A stretch of 64,000 nucleotides of DNA from the NCBI GenBank assembly GCA_964342815.1, contig CAYFHS010000002.1, positions 120,790 through 184,789 on the forward strand, read 5' to 3'. The stretch is from an uncultured archaeon (GTDB lineage Archaea; Thermoplasmatota; Penumbrarchaeia; JASLWR01). The translations under genes were made by a program, and so were the position numbers. The notes beneath the pieces were generated by a model that saw only the letters and a program-made list of their open reading frames with translations, did not search any database and had not been told where the DNA came from. Position 1 is the stretch's first letter, and each line of letters opens with the position of its first letter. This document shows, one piece after another, positions 17,148 to 26,692 of this stretch.

Positions 17148-20138
17148 TCAGCATAATCGAAATTCCAATTGCCCTTTCTCAATACATATTTTCTTGATCT
17201 TTACCAATATTTTATCCCCAATTCCCATAAGTATCCTTTTATTATCTTCTCTGTAGTTTCGTTTTCCGTTTGAATTTCTATTTCTATCTCTATTATTGTT
17301 CTTGAAACTTTTCCATCTCTTTCCATCCCTGAAAGAATCTATGTTGTTCTCCAGGATCAGTTCTGTTTCTTTATCATTTAGAGAGACTCTGTCTCTTGTG
17401 ATCTTCTTTCTTGGAATAAACCCTTCGACCCCCCTGCCAAGATCTACGAACACGCCGCCGGCTATGATCCCTGAGACGATACCGGAGTGTGTGGATCTTA
17501 AATAATTCTCATCAAACATGATATCCATACAAGTGCAGACATCGTTCATCACGTGCTCGAATTTATCAGCATTTCTCGACTGATCTGAGCATCTTTCACT
17601 TATTGAGAGTGCTTCATCGCCCTGCAAGCTGATTTGCCCCTCATGTTTTTTCGTTTTTTCTCCTGTTTCCCATTCAATTTTCTTCATCAATTTTTCATCC
17701 GGTTTTCCGTTCTTTGTCACTATTGTACCTGCAATATTATTCTCCTTGATCACTTTGATTATTCTGTGGACCACAAGATCGGCATATCTTCTTATGGGTG
17801 ATGTGAAGTGTGAATAACAATCGGATGCCAGCCCAAAATGCCCAATATTTTCAGGACTGTAAATTGCCAGAGAAAGAGTTCTCAGTATACAGACATTCAG
17901 CAGTTCCTTCAACCTTTCGTCTTCCTTGGTGTTGTTGATATCCTCCAGTACGTCATTGATATTTTCAAGCAGATATTCCCTTTTTTCGAGATCTATCAAA
18001 GTACCTAATTGTTCATTTATGATAACTTTCATCTCTTCTACATAGTTCCCTTTTCCTTCACTTTTTTCTTTTTTCAGTAATATTTCTCTCAACTTATTTC
18101 TGAAATTGTTTTTTTCATATAGACCCGTAATCAAACTTTTTTTGCCAGAATTAGCAACACTGACCCCGTTCATTCCCATTGCCTTCACAAGCTCGTCATC
18201 CACATTCCCTTCTATTCTGATATTGAATCCATATGAAGAACTTATATCCTGTTCAGAGCGTTTATCTTCTTTCTTTCGTGAATTATTCTTTTCAGAAATG
18301 CTGTCCTCAAATTTCTTGAGATCCAGATCTAGTCGGTCAACTATCGAGTTGAACCTGTCCAGCCTGGAAGTATCGGGAAGGCTGTGCACCCGGTATATCG
18401 TATCGGCGGTAAACGAGCTGACGTACATTGCAATAACCTCGTTGGTGGATACCATGAAGCATTCGATCATCTCTGTTGCCGCATTCCCCCTTTTCATTTT
18501 CTTTTCGACCTTGTTATCCTTAATGTGAATCTTCATTTCCGCAGTTTCGAGTTTTAACTGTTTTCGTTTTTTCCTAAGTTCCCTGCTGAAATCGATCCAT
18601 TCTTTGTACGGTTCCAGTTTTTTATGGTAATGATCCAGCACCATATCGTAGCTGAGATTTCTGTCGACATTAATTATGGAAGGATTTATATCGAAGTCCA
18701 CAAGCCTCAAGTTCTCATCATAAACCATTCTGGTCGATACAGCGAACCTTTCCACCTTTTCTCTCAAGGAGCAGTAATCGTTACTGAGTATCTCGGGCAG
18801 CATTGGCAGAACGGTATCGGGAAGATAGACGCTTGTACATCGGTAATAGGCTTCTTTATCCAAGGGGCTTCCTTTCGACACATAGTGAGAAACGTCGGCA
18901 ATGTGAACGTATAATACAGTTTTATTTCCGTCTTTTTCAATGGAAATGGCATCGTCGAAATCCTTGGCATCCACGGGATCCACGGTAACCGTGTACAGAT
19001 CCCTCAGATCCACTCTTTTTTTAAGCTCGTTTTCGTTTTTTGTATCCGCCTTTCGCTTTAACATCTTTTCGTCGAAAACCCGAGGATAGCCGAGTTTGAA
19101 ATCGAATTCTTTGGTGACGATGAACCTTTCGATATATGCTCTCGAAGCCTTTTCCATGGTCCAGTATCCCATAATTATTAGAAAACAGGTGAATAAAGTA
19201 CTGTAAGTAACTTTTTTCAGACCGGTGACGAGCCTCGCGAGCTGTACCATGTATCTTTTCGGATCGAAATTATCCAATTTGACCAACAGATTACCCCCTC
19301 GCCCCATATCTTTACTCCAATCATCCCTTTTTACAAATCCCTCCATTTGGCGGCATATGGAATTGAAAAGACGATGTAGATTCTTTCTGGTTACGTCCTC
19401 TTCCGCCTTCTCAATTTCCAGTATCCAATCCTCAAAACGATTCCCAAAAATGGATCGAATGTTCTTCTGGGAGAGCGTACCTGTGTCCGAGGATCGAAAC
19501 ATTTCGGCAGCTTTCCTTTTCTTGTACTTCCCCACGGCATCGAAAATTTTTTTCAGATTTTTTATATTTGAATTAATTTTATTGTATTCTTCCTTGGAAA
19601 GAATATTGAATTTCTTTTTGTTCTTATGGATATTGAAGTACGGCAGTTCCTCCGTTATACTATCGTTTATTATATTTCTGATCATATCGACGCGAGAAGC
19701 ACTGGGAGCTTTTGTTTTTTGAAATTTGGCCGCGATCTCGTATGCATTCAGGATTTCGTTTTCACCAGTATCCAATCCAAGCCATATCTCCTTTACCGCG
19801 GTATCTTTATCGATGAGTTTCCTCCCATGGATATTATGCCTCTTCCTTTGTGAGAATTTTTTTCCTTTTTTCTTTTCATATCCTCTGATATCGCTGATGA
19901 TAGTTCTCAATTTTTCCAAAAGGGTCAATGAATCATAAATTTCCTCTCCAAGATCGGGATGATCTATCTTTTTTCTCGTGACATGCTGGGGGTGAATGTT
20001 ATTTTTACCGTTAATGGTGAAGGCGACGATGTAATGTTTTTTTCCTTTTTTGGACATACCCAGGCATACCGCTATGTTATTGGGAAACTCTATGCCATAA
20101 TGGCCGGATTTGAATTCGAACAGATGACCCTTTCTCAT
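17148..20138 (-). CDS. rnr: RNase II/R-family (RNB) 3'-5' exoribonuclease with long N-terminal extension, RNB insertion and C-terminal S1 domain
   Basis: TVDPVDAKDFDDAIS catalytic motif, VHIADVSHYV, TSVYLP, MIECFM, HFGLA...HFTSPIRRYADLVVHR, S1-like GGVFVDL...EGFIP. Confidence 0.9.
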   Translation of the reverse strand: MRKGHLFEFKSGHYGIEFPNNIAVCLGMSKKGKKHYIVAFTINGKNNIHPQHVTRKKIDHPDLGEEIYDSLTLLEKLRTIISDIRGYEKKKGKKFSQRKRHNIHGRKLIDKDTAVKEIWLGLDTGENEILNAYEIAAKFQKTKAPSASRVDMIRNIINDSITEELPYFNIHKNKKKFNILSKEEYNKINSNIKNLKKIFDAVGKYKKRKAAEMFRSSDTGTLSQKNIRSIFGNRFEDWILEIEKAEEDVTRKNLHRLFNSICRQMEGFVKRDDWSKDMGRGGNLLVKLDNFDPKRYMVQLARLVTGLKKVTYSTLFTCFLIIMGYWTMEKASRAYIERFIVTKEFDFKLGYPRVFDEKMLKRKADTKNENELKKRVDLRDLYTVTVDPVDAKDFDDAISIEKDGNKTVLYVHIADVSHYVSKGSPLDKEAYYRCTSVYLPDTVLPMLPEILSNDYCSLREKVERFAVSTRMVYDENLRLVDFDINPSIINVDRNLSYDMVLDHYHKKLEPYKEWIDFSRELRKKRKQLKLETAEMKIHIKDNKVEKKMKRGNAATEMIECFMVSTNEVIAMYVSSFTADTIYRVHSLPDTSRLDRFNSIVDRLDLDLKKFEDSISEKNNSRKKEDKRSEQDISSSYGFNIRIEGNVDDELVKAMGMNGVSVANSGKKSLITGLYEKNNFRNKLREILLKKEKSEGKGNYVEEMKVIINEQLGTLIDLEKREYLLENINDVLEDINNTKEDERLKELLNVCILRTLSLAIYSPENIGHFGLASDCYSHFTSPIRRYADLVVHRIIKVIKENNIAGTIVTKNGKPDEKLMKKIEWETGEKTKKHEGQISLQGDEALSISERCSDQSRNADKFEHVMNDVCTCMDIMFDENYLRSTHSGIVSGIIAGGVFVDLGRGVEGFIPRKKITRDRVSLNDKETELILENNIDSFRDGKRWKSFKNNNRDRNRNSNGKRNYREDNKRILMGIGDKILVKIKKICIEKGQLEFRLC

Positions 20139-20234
20139 GAAAATTCCAATCCCCCGATTGTCAACATATCTTATTAATGTTCGATTATTATTATTCGGAA
20201 TTTTATTCTATGGACAAAAACATATCTATTTTGC

Positions 20235-20456
20235 ATGGTATTTTGTCTAGTAGAAGATGTCTGTCTAGTAAAGGATGTTTGTCTAGTAGATGATGTTTGT
20301 CTAGTAGATGATGTTTGTCTAGTAGATGATGTTTGTCTGATAGATGATGTTTGTCTGGTAGATGATGTTTGTCTGGTAGATGATGTTTGTCTGGTAGATG
20401 ATGTTTGTCTGGTAGATGATGTTTGTATAGTAGAGGATATATCTGGTAGAGAATAG
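20235..20456 (+). CDS. Possible small acidic Cys-repeat peptide (VCLVDD)n encoded by the minisatellite
   Basis: ATG 20235 to TAG 20456 exactly brackets the array, 18 nt upstream of nreA. It may be a by-product of a stop-free 18-mer. Confidence 0.3.
   Translation: MVFCLVEDVCLVKDVCLVDDVCLVDDVCLVDDVCLIDDVCLVDDVCLVDDVCLVDDVCLVDDVCIVEDISGRE
20242..20439. repeat. Minisatellite: 11 tandem copies of an 18-bp unit, TTTGTCT(A/G)GTAGATGATG
   Basis: Units start every 18 bp from 20242 to 20422. Copies 3-5 are identical (CTAG), copies 7-10 are identical (CTGG), and the terminal copies are degenerate. No spacers. Confidence 0.95.
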
Positions 20457-20474
20457 ATCATACAGGGTGAATAA

Positions 20475-21734
20475 TTGGCATTACCGGTGAAGGATTCGGC
20501 GATATGCATAAAGTGCAAGGGAGGCAAGAGACTTTGCGGTCGGGATAGATGTCCGTATCTCGAAAAGATGAACATGTTCAACAAATCCGTCCCGATAGAA
20601 AAAGACAGTTTTTGCGGTTCTTCACCCCCTTCGGTATTCGTTGGAAGATACGGTTATCCGAAGGTGAAGATGGGGCCTCTGCTGCCGCCTTACAGAGTAT
20701 TTCGACCGGAAAGATTGGAGGACAGCAGTTACTGGCTGGACAAGGAGATCGAAGATATAGTGGGTATGCGCAGCTCCATGTACCGTACCAGCCAAGAGAT
20801 AAGCGTGAAAAACAGCTACGAGCCCTCCTCGCGTTTTCTGGCAACTACTCAGGAACTTGCACTTTCGCGCAAGAATGTTGATACCGAGATATTTCTCACA
20901 TCCATCCCAAAGGTACAAAAGATCACCAGTTTCGACTCCAGGACAGCCCCCATGGGTCCTTCGGTGGAGGCCAGGAAGGTCGATATAACCGAGAATCCCA
21001 AGGTTCCGAAGAAGGTGGACTATCTCACGTCGGACATACATGCAAAGGCCGTAACCGCAATGGTTGAGCTGTATATGTCCGGTATTCCTGTACACCATAT
21101 CGTAAGAATATTGTCGTCGGGACTTCTGGGCAGGGCGAAGGCCCGGAGCCTGGTGCCAACGAGATGGTCCATTACTGCCGTGGATGATGTAATTGGGAAA
21201 AGGCTTGCCTCGCGGGTTCGATACTTTCAGCAGTTGAACGAAGTGGAATTATATCGATACGATCATTTTGGCAATTATTTCAATGTTCTGTTGATACCCG
21301 GTTCTTATTCGTTCGAGATGATCGAAACATGGCTGAAGGGAGCTTTCTGGTCGCAGGATACCGTGCTGGTAACTGACCACGAGGGCTACAGGGGGAGAAA
21401 GGACTATGCTAGCAATATAACCGGGGCGTACTATGCCGCCAGGCTGGAAGCGTTGGCCCATCTGAGCCGTATCGGTCGTCAGGCAACCGTTATAATCTAC
21501 CGCGAGATAACAGATAAATACTGGGCTCCTCTCGGTGTATGGGTTATAAGGGATGGGGTACGGGAAGCGTTGAGCAGGAAATCAGAAAAATTTTCAGGCC
21601 TGAATGAAGCCGTATCCTCAATCACAAGCCAGGTTGAGGTTAAGAATTGGTCAAACAGCTCGAAGCTTCTCAAGGAACTGCGATGCCAGAAGAGGATCGA
21701 AGATTATGTTGATGTTTCTCCGGGCGCATTATGA
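20475..21734 (+). CDS. nreA: Nre family archaeal DNA repair protein
   Basis: N-terminal CIKCKG..LCG..RCP, GSSPPSVFVGRYGYPKV, LVPTRWSITAVDD, GAYYAARL, PLGVWVIR, C-terminal PIP-like QKRIEDY. TTG start behind GGGTGA. Confidence 0.92.
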   Translation: MALPVKDSAICIKCKGGKRLCGRDRCPYLEKMNMFNKSVPIEKDSFCGSSPPSVFVGRYGYPKVKMGPLLPPYRVFRPERLEDSSYWLDKEIEDIVGMRSSMYRTSQEISVKNSYEPSSRFLATTQELALSRKNVDTEIFLTSIPKVQKITSFDSRTAPMGPSVEARKVDITENPKVPKKVDYLTSDIHAKAVTAMVELYMSGIPVHHIVRILSSGLLGRAKARSLVPTRWSITAVDDVIGKRLASRVRYFQQLNEVELYRYDHFGNYFNVLLIPGSYSFEMIETWLKGAFWSQDTVLVTDHEGYRGRKDYASNITGAYYAARLEALAHLSRIGRQATVIIYREITDKYWAPLGVWVIRDGVREALSRKSEKFSGLNEAVSSITSQVEVKNWSNSSKLLKELRCQKRIEDYVDVSPGAL

Positions 21735-21927
21735 TATCCAAGGTCAATATTTTCCGACACTGTCTATGGAGATTTCGAAAACTCCAATTCGGTTCATGTT
21801 CCTGAAAGCGGTGTCCAACAATCTGTTATTGAATCAAACAAGCAATAAATTATTTATAGAAATATCCCGCATAATATTATATAGGCGTCTCTCGTCACTG
21901 GATTAAAACTAATATAAGGTCATATGA

Positions 21928-22449
21928 ATGAAACGATATTCACGAGATCGCAATGCCGTATCGCCAGTCATAGCCACGATTCTATTGGTTGCCATCACCA
22001 TTGTACTGGTGGGTCTTCTCTTTGCATGGATACTTCCAATGATAGAAACTCCAAAGGAATCTACACCGGATATGAATATCGCACTCAGCGTGGAAAGTGA
22101 TGGTGAGGAGACTTTTTTCAAGGTTCTTGTAACAGAGATAGACCGCGAACCGTCTCTCAATCATATCAAGTACAAGGTATACCAGGAGAGCGGAGTTCAG
22201 ATCGAGGAGATGACGGCTGAGGAAGTATACTCTAACGATAATTTTATGGCGACCAAGAACGACGAGCCTCTGTGCGTTAGTTTCTCCGATAGCGACAGCA
22301 ACGGACTTTTAACTGTGGGTGATTATTTTCTGGTAAAACAGCTATTCGACAAGAAGTACAGCAATGACATCGACGTCTCAGGAGGAGGAATAAGCTTAAT
22401 TTATATCCCCTCGGGTTCCACGCTCGCAGATGTCAATTTCGAGTTATAG
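21928..22449 (+). CDS. Archaeal type IV pilin (DUF1628-like N-terminus)
   Basis: Class III signal RDRNA|VSPVIATILLVAITIVLVGLLFAWI. Confidence 0.88.
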   Translation: MKRYSRDRNAVSPVIATILLVAITIVLVGLLFAWILPMIETPKESTPDMNIALSVESDGEETFFKVLVTEIDREPSLNHIKYKVYQESGVQIEEMTAEEVYSNDNFMATKNDEPLCVSFSDSDSNGLLTVGDYFLVKQLFDKKYSNDIDVSGGGISLIYIPSGSTLADVNFEL

Positions 22450-22480
22450 GCCACTGTATATATTTGTTTTTCTTTTTGAT

Positions 22481-22510
22481 TCGGACCTGCGTTTCTTACG
22501 TCGCAGGTCC
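22481..22510. repeat. Dispersed palindromic element, copy 1; lies between convergent genes and may act as a terminator
   Basis: GGACCTGCG-TTTCTTACGT-CGCAGGTCC flanked by T-tracts; near-identical copy at 51101. Confidence 0.7.
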
Positions 22511-22537
22511 TCTTTTTGAATAAAAGAAATAGCATTC

Positions 22538-22960
22538 TTAATTTCCTTTTTCCAGCGTATAATAAACCTTTATTTCCTCGATCTCTTCGAAAATCTTGGG
22601 GACCACCTTTAGCGGCATCCCTATCTCAATATCGTCTTTCTGAATTCCCTGGATCCAACCCAGCAATCTTCCACCCTCTGGAAGATCCACGATACCGATT
22701 ATGTAGGGAACCATTTCATCAAACCCAGTTGGAGCCGCGTGTATAACCGTGAATGTATGCAGGGTGCAGTCACCGCTGTACTGAAGCCATTCGAAGTCAG
22801 GGGAAAGGCATTCTATGCAGTCGGCCCTTGGAGGAAATGAGACATGACCGCAGGCCTTGCACTTCGATCCCACAAGCCGCCTCTCCCTCAGTTCTTCGGC
22901 AAAATCAGTAACCTTGGTGAACGGAACAAAATTTACCTTTCCAAACCAGTAGAACGGCAT
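22538..22960 (-). CDS. DUF35/ChsH2-type Zn-ribbon + OB-fold acyl-CoA-binding protein
   Basis: GSKCKACG..FPPRADC..C, TFTVIH..P.GF...PYIIGIVDL, IEIGMPL; directly downstream of the thiolase. Confidence 0.92.
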   Translation of the reverse strand: MPFYWFGKVNFVPFTKVTDFAEELRERRLVGSKCKACGHVSFPPRADCIECLSPDFEWLQYSGDCTLHTFTVIHAAPTGFDEMVPYIIGIVDLPEGGRLLGWIQGIQKDDIEIGMPLKVVPKIFEEIEEIKVYYTLEKGN

Positions 22961-22963
22961 ATT

Positions 22964-24118
22964 TCATCGCCTCCTTAGTATGTGTACAAAGGTATATTGG
23001 CCGATTCCGCCCACGTTATGGGTGAGGCCTATCTCGGCGCCGTCAACCTGCCTTTTGCTCGCTTCTCCCCGTAGCTGAGTTACTATCTCATAGGTCTGCG
23101 AGGCCCCCGTTGCTCCCACCGGATGCCCCTTCGCCTTCAGCCCGCCGTCGACGTTCACCGGCGTACTGCCTCCGACGTAAGACTGTTTCTCGTCTATGAA
23201 CTTGCCGCCGTCTCCCTTATCGCAGAATCCCAGGTCCTCGTAGGCCAGTATTTCCGCGATGGTGAAACAGTCGTGTACGTCCGCCACCTGTATATTTTCC
23301 GGTCCGATCCCCACCTGTTCATAAGCCTGCCGGGATGCCTCTTTCGCGCTTGGGATGCTGACTAGATCGGGTCTTCTCAGCAGAGACATGGCGGCCGACG
23401 CGCAACCCAGACCGTCCAGCCATACGGGGGTATCATGTAATTTCTTGGCTTTTTCCTCATTGGCGAGTATCAGGCAGACCGCCCCGTCGGCGTTTGCACA
23501 GCAGTCGAACACAGTGAACGGATCAGCCACCGGGGGGGCCGCAAGGGCCCTCTTCACAGTAATCTCCTTTTGAAACATTGCTTTCGGGTTCATTGATCCG
23601 TAATGGTGATTCTTCACCGCCACGTTCAGCATCTGTTCATGAGTAGTCCCGAACTCGTGCATGTGACGGTTCGCATACATGGCGTAATATCCTGGAAAGG
23701 TGGTTCCGAAACCGGATTCCCACTGCACATCGCCGACCCTGCCCATAAGGGCCAGCAGTTCGGGTGTTTCCAGCTCGGTCATTTTCTGAACTCCAAGAAC
23801 GGCCACCACATCGTGCATGCCGGATCGGATCGCCATATAAGCGCTTCTTATGGCCGCGCTGCTGGATGCGCAGGCTGCTTCCGTCAGCCACGTGGGTTGA
23901 TGATTCATACCCAGATACTCAGCCACCACCCCGGGCAGCGATCTCTGCCTGTGGTATTCCGGAACCGAACCGATAATGGTTGCATCGATCTCCTTTCGGG
24001 TCAGTTCAGGTGAATCATCCATGGCAAGGCGGAATGCCTCGAAGGCCAGTTCCTGGACGGTCGCATCGCTTCTTCGTCCGAATCTTCCGTGTCCGATACC
24101 AGTTATTCCTACTTTCAT
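22964..24118 (-). CDS. Archaeal/SCP-x-type thiolase (acetyl-CoA C-acyltransferase)
   Basis: EAACASSSAA (catalytic Cys), AVKNH, DVHDCFTIAE, VNVDGGLKAKGHPVGATG, HNVGG. Confidence 0.93.
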   Translation of the reverse strand: MKVGITGIGHGRFGRRSDATVQELAFEAFRLAMDDSPELTRKEIDATIIGSVPEYHRQRSLPGVVAEYLGMNHQPTWLTEAACASSSAAIRSAYMAIRSGMHDVVAVLGVQKMTELETPELLALMGRVGDVQWESGFGTTFPGYYAMYANRHMHEFGTTHEQMLNVAVKNHHYGSMNPKAMFQKEITVKRALAAPPVADPFTVFDCCANADGAVCLILANEEKAKKLHDTPVWLDGLGCASAAMSLLRRPDLVSIPSAKEASRQAYEQVGIGPENIQVADVHDCFTIAEILAYEDLGFCDKGDGGKFIDEKQSYVGGSTPVNVDGGLKAKGHPVGATGASQTYEIVTQLRGEASKRQVDGAEIGLTHNVGGIGQYTFVHILRRR

Positions 24119-24130
24119 TTTTTCACGTCC

Positions 24131-24874
24131 CTAGATATACTGGCCCCCGTCCACCTTGATGATCTCCCCGGTAACGTGCCTGGAGCGCTCGCTGCAGAGG
24201 AAGGATACAACGTTTGCGATATCCTCGGGATCGGCCACCCTGCCCAGCACAGTTTCGTCTATTGCCTTGTTCAGAAACTGGGCAGGTATATTCTTTGCCA
24301 TATCCGTCATCACCATACCCGGTGCCACGGCGTTCACGTTTACGTTGAACTTTCCCATTTCCTTCGCCAGAGACTTCGTAAGAGCGATTATACCGCCTTT
24401 GGACGCTGAATAATTGGTCTGGCCGAACTTTCCTCTGAGCCCGTTTATGGATGTGATGTTCACGATTTTGCCGTATCTCCTGTCCTTGAAATGGGCCGCC
24501 GCAAGCTTATTGTAATTGAAATAACCCTTCAGATTGACGGCGATTACCGAGTCCCATTCCTGCTCGCTCATTCTCCAGATGACCCTGTCACGGGTAATGC
24601 CGGCATTGCATACCAGGATATCAAGGCTTCCGAAAGAGGCGATGACCTTGTCGAACATGGAAACCGCATCCGCATAGCTTGAAACATCTGCTTTCACTAC
24701 AAGGGCCTTTCGCCCCATCTCATTGATCCGGGCCGCGACCTCCTTTGCCTCTATGTCATGCCTGCGATAGTTGATTGCCACGTTTGCTCCGTCTTCAGCC
24801 AGTTTTAGAGCGATAGCCGTGCCGATCCCCAGGCTGCCGCCGGTCACTATTGCATTTTTTCCTTCTAGTTCCAC
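24131..24874 (-). CDS. fabG: FabG-like short-chain dehydrogenase (3-oxoacyl/acetoacetyl-CoA reductase)
   Basis: TGGSLGIG, CNAG, GKIVNITS, YSASK, NAVAPG, VDGG. Confidence 0.88.
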   Translation of the reverse strand: MELEGKNAIVTGGSLGIGTAIALKLAEDGANVAINYRRHDIEAKEVAARINEMGRKALVVKADVSSYADAVSMFDKVIASFGSLDILVCNAGITRDRVIWRMSEQEWDSVIAVNLKGYFNYNKLAAAHFKDRRYGKIVNITSINGLRGKFGQTNYSASKGGIIALTKSLAKEMGKFNVNVNAVAPGMVMTDMAKNIPAQFLNKAIDETVLGRVADPEDIANVVSFLCSERSRHVTGEIIKVDGGQYI

Positions 24875-25051
24875 TGTACCGCCTCTATATTTCTTGTAAA
24901 GTTAATCGGGCAAAGTAATGATAATATGATATTTTAAGATTAGGGGTCCGCAATTTGTGGCCCAAATTATTTGAGAGTTCTATTTTTATAAGTTAATACA
25001 CATATTATAAGCATAATACAGTATTATCACTCAAATTTGGGAGATATATTA

Positions 25052-25807
25052 ATGGGCAGCCTCTCGCGACATAACAGAACGAACCGCAAATCGGCAAAGA
25101 CAAACCGAAGGTCGCGTCGTGGACAGAGAAGCAGTTTTACGGATGCAAAAGATATAAAATCCGGGAGAGACAGTAATAAAGAGCTGCCGCAAAAAATCGT
25201 AAACCCCCGAAATCTATCCCAGTCACAGCGAAAGCGCGAAGAGGACCGTGAGGTCATCTATGCCCTGCGGGCAATGGAAATACTGGTGGATTCGGGGGTG
25301 GGTCTCTCGGAAGCAATGAAGCATATTGCGGACGAGGACTACGGCTGTATATCTGAAGAGTTCGCTCGTATTCTCAAGGAGACGGAACAGGGAGAATACC
25401 TTGATAGGTGTATCGAGGAAGCTGTCAGCAGAGCGGCTTCACCGGCTTTCAAAAAGATGCTTGAGGCCATGGTCATGGCCGTAAGGGACGATATAGGGAT
25501 ATCGAAGATCTTGAAAAAGACCGCTGATCGAGAATTCGAAGAAAGGCGAACCCGCCTATCCGCATATACAAAGAAACTAACGGGGACGGCGGAAATTTTC
25601 ATAACAACAGGGATACTTCTTCCCATAATCCTCGTTGTATTCGGCTTTTTAAGCTCTATTACAGAATCCATTGCAGAGGTAGCCCCGTTTCTGGACGGCG
25701 GAATACTGGGAAGTATGAAGGTCTGCACCGTCCCCGCTCTGCTTATCGTGTTAGCCATACTGCTTGGATTGATCCTCTCCACTCGGGCCCGGGATCCCAA
25801 TATCTGA
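25052..25807 (+). CDS. Type II secretion system F-family (TadC/FlaJ-like) platform protein
   Basis: ALRAMEILVDSGVGLSEAM..IADEDYG.ISEEF pattern, C-terminal TMs, basic N-terminal tail; ATG 25052 behind GGGAGA. Confidence 0.82.
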   Translation: MGSLSRHNRTNRKSAKTNRRSRRGQRSSFTDAKDIKSGRDSNKELPQKIVNPRNLSQSQRKREEDREVIYALRAMEILVDSGVGLSEAMKHIADEDYGCISEEFARILKETEQGEYLDRCIEEAVSRAASPAFKKMLEAMVMAVRDDIGISKILKKTADREFEERRTRLSAYTKKLTGTAEIFITTGILLPIILVVFGFLSSITESIAEVAPFLDGGILGSMKVCTVPALLIVLAILLGLILSTRARDPNI

Positions 25808-25837
25808 ATATTGACAAAAAATTAAAATAATGAACGG

Positions 25838-26611
25838 TTGTGTAGAATGATAAACGTCCTTGACGGTATAATGATCGGGTTTCTCGCCCTCGTGGGATTC
25901 ATATCCCTGGCATATTCCATACCCATATCGTTGAGGTTGAGAAGAATTCGAAAGATAGATTCAGCTCTACCGGATTTCCTTATGTCTCTCGCAAAGGAGG
26001 TGGAGAACGGTGCTTCTCTCGAGCACGCATTCAAGGCTAGTTCCAAGGTCCGAAGCGATCTTCTGGGCACTTATCTGAAAGAAGTCGCGCAAGATATGAA
26101 ATCCAGGTCTCTGGCTGAATCCCTGCACGATCTGGCCCGCCGGACTGAATCGAAACTTGCAAGGAGGACCTTCTCACTTCTGGAGGTGGGTCTTAAGGCG
26201 GAAGCTTCTCTTGCCGACCTGTTGGATCGGATGGGTAACGAGCTGTGGCAGACGTACATGCTCAAGTTCGATCGGGAGTCTGAGACCTCCAAACACGCTT
26301 CCTTTATTCTCTGGGGAGGAACCATACTTCTGGCCAGCATGTCCGCCATCATTTTATCGTTCTTCGACCCAAAGAACATAACCATAGGGCTTATTGACAC
26401 CAGTGTCCTGAGTAAGGACCTCGACAGCCTGGTTCTCATGATAAAGATATTCCTGATAATCGTCGGGGCATTTGCAAGTATTATGTGGGGAGTTATCTCT
26501 GACAAGGCAAGATTGGGTATCATCAGGGCTCCGTTCTTCATGTTCATTTCTTACATTTCCTTTATTTTAGCATATTGGCTTGGCTCCGCATTGATAAAAA
26601 GCTTTGCCTGA
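25838..26611 (+). CDS. Type II secretion system F-family (TadB-like) platform protein
   Basis: KIDSALPDFLMSLAKEVENGASLEHA pattern and several TMs; tandem with the previous gene. Confidence 0.82.
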   Translation: MCRMINVLDGIMIGFLALVGFISLAYSIPISLRLRRIRKIDSALPDFLMSLAKEVENGASLEHAFKASSKVRSDLLGTYLKEVAQDMKSRSLAESLHDLARRTESKLARRTFSLLEVGLKAEASLADLLDRMGNELWQTYMLKFDRESETSKHASFILWGGTILLASMSAIILSFFDPKNITIGLIDTSVLSKDLDSLVLMIKIFLIIVGAFASIMWGVISDKARLGIIRAPFFMFISYISFILAYWLGSALIKSFA

Positions 26612-26692
26612 ACCAGTTTGAATAAAACTGTTTTGGCAAGCCTGGTCCAGAGGATTTGGCTTTTCATACGCGGGCCGCCGGGGGCAACGTAG

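Noticed and set aside
20242-20439. CRISPR array
   Set aside because: The 18-bp units are directly adjacent with no unique spacers, shorter than CRISPR repeats, and no cas gene is in the window.
20174-20584. Minus-strand (TRQTSS)n ORF
   Set aside because: It overlaps the start of nreA in antisense and is open only because the 18-mer lacks stops in that frame.
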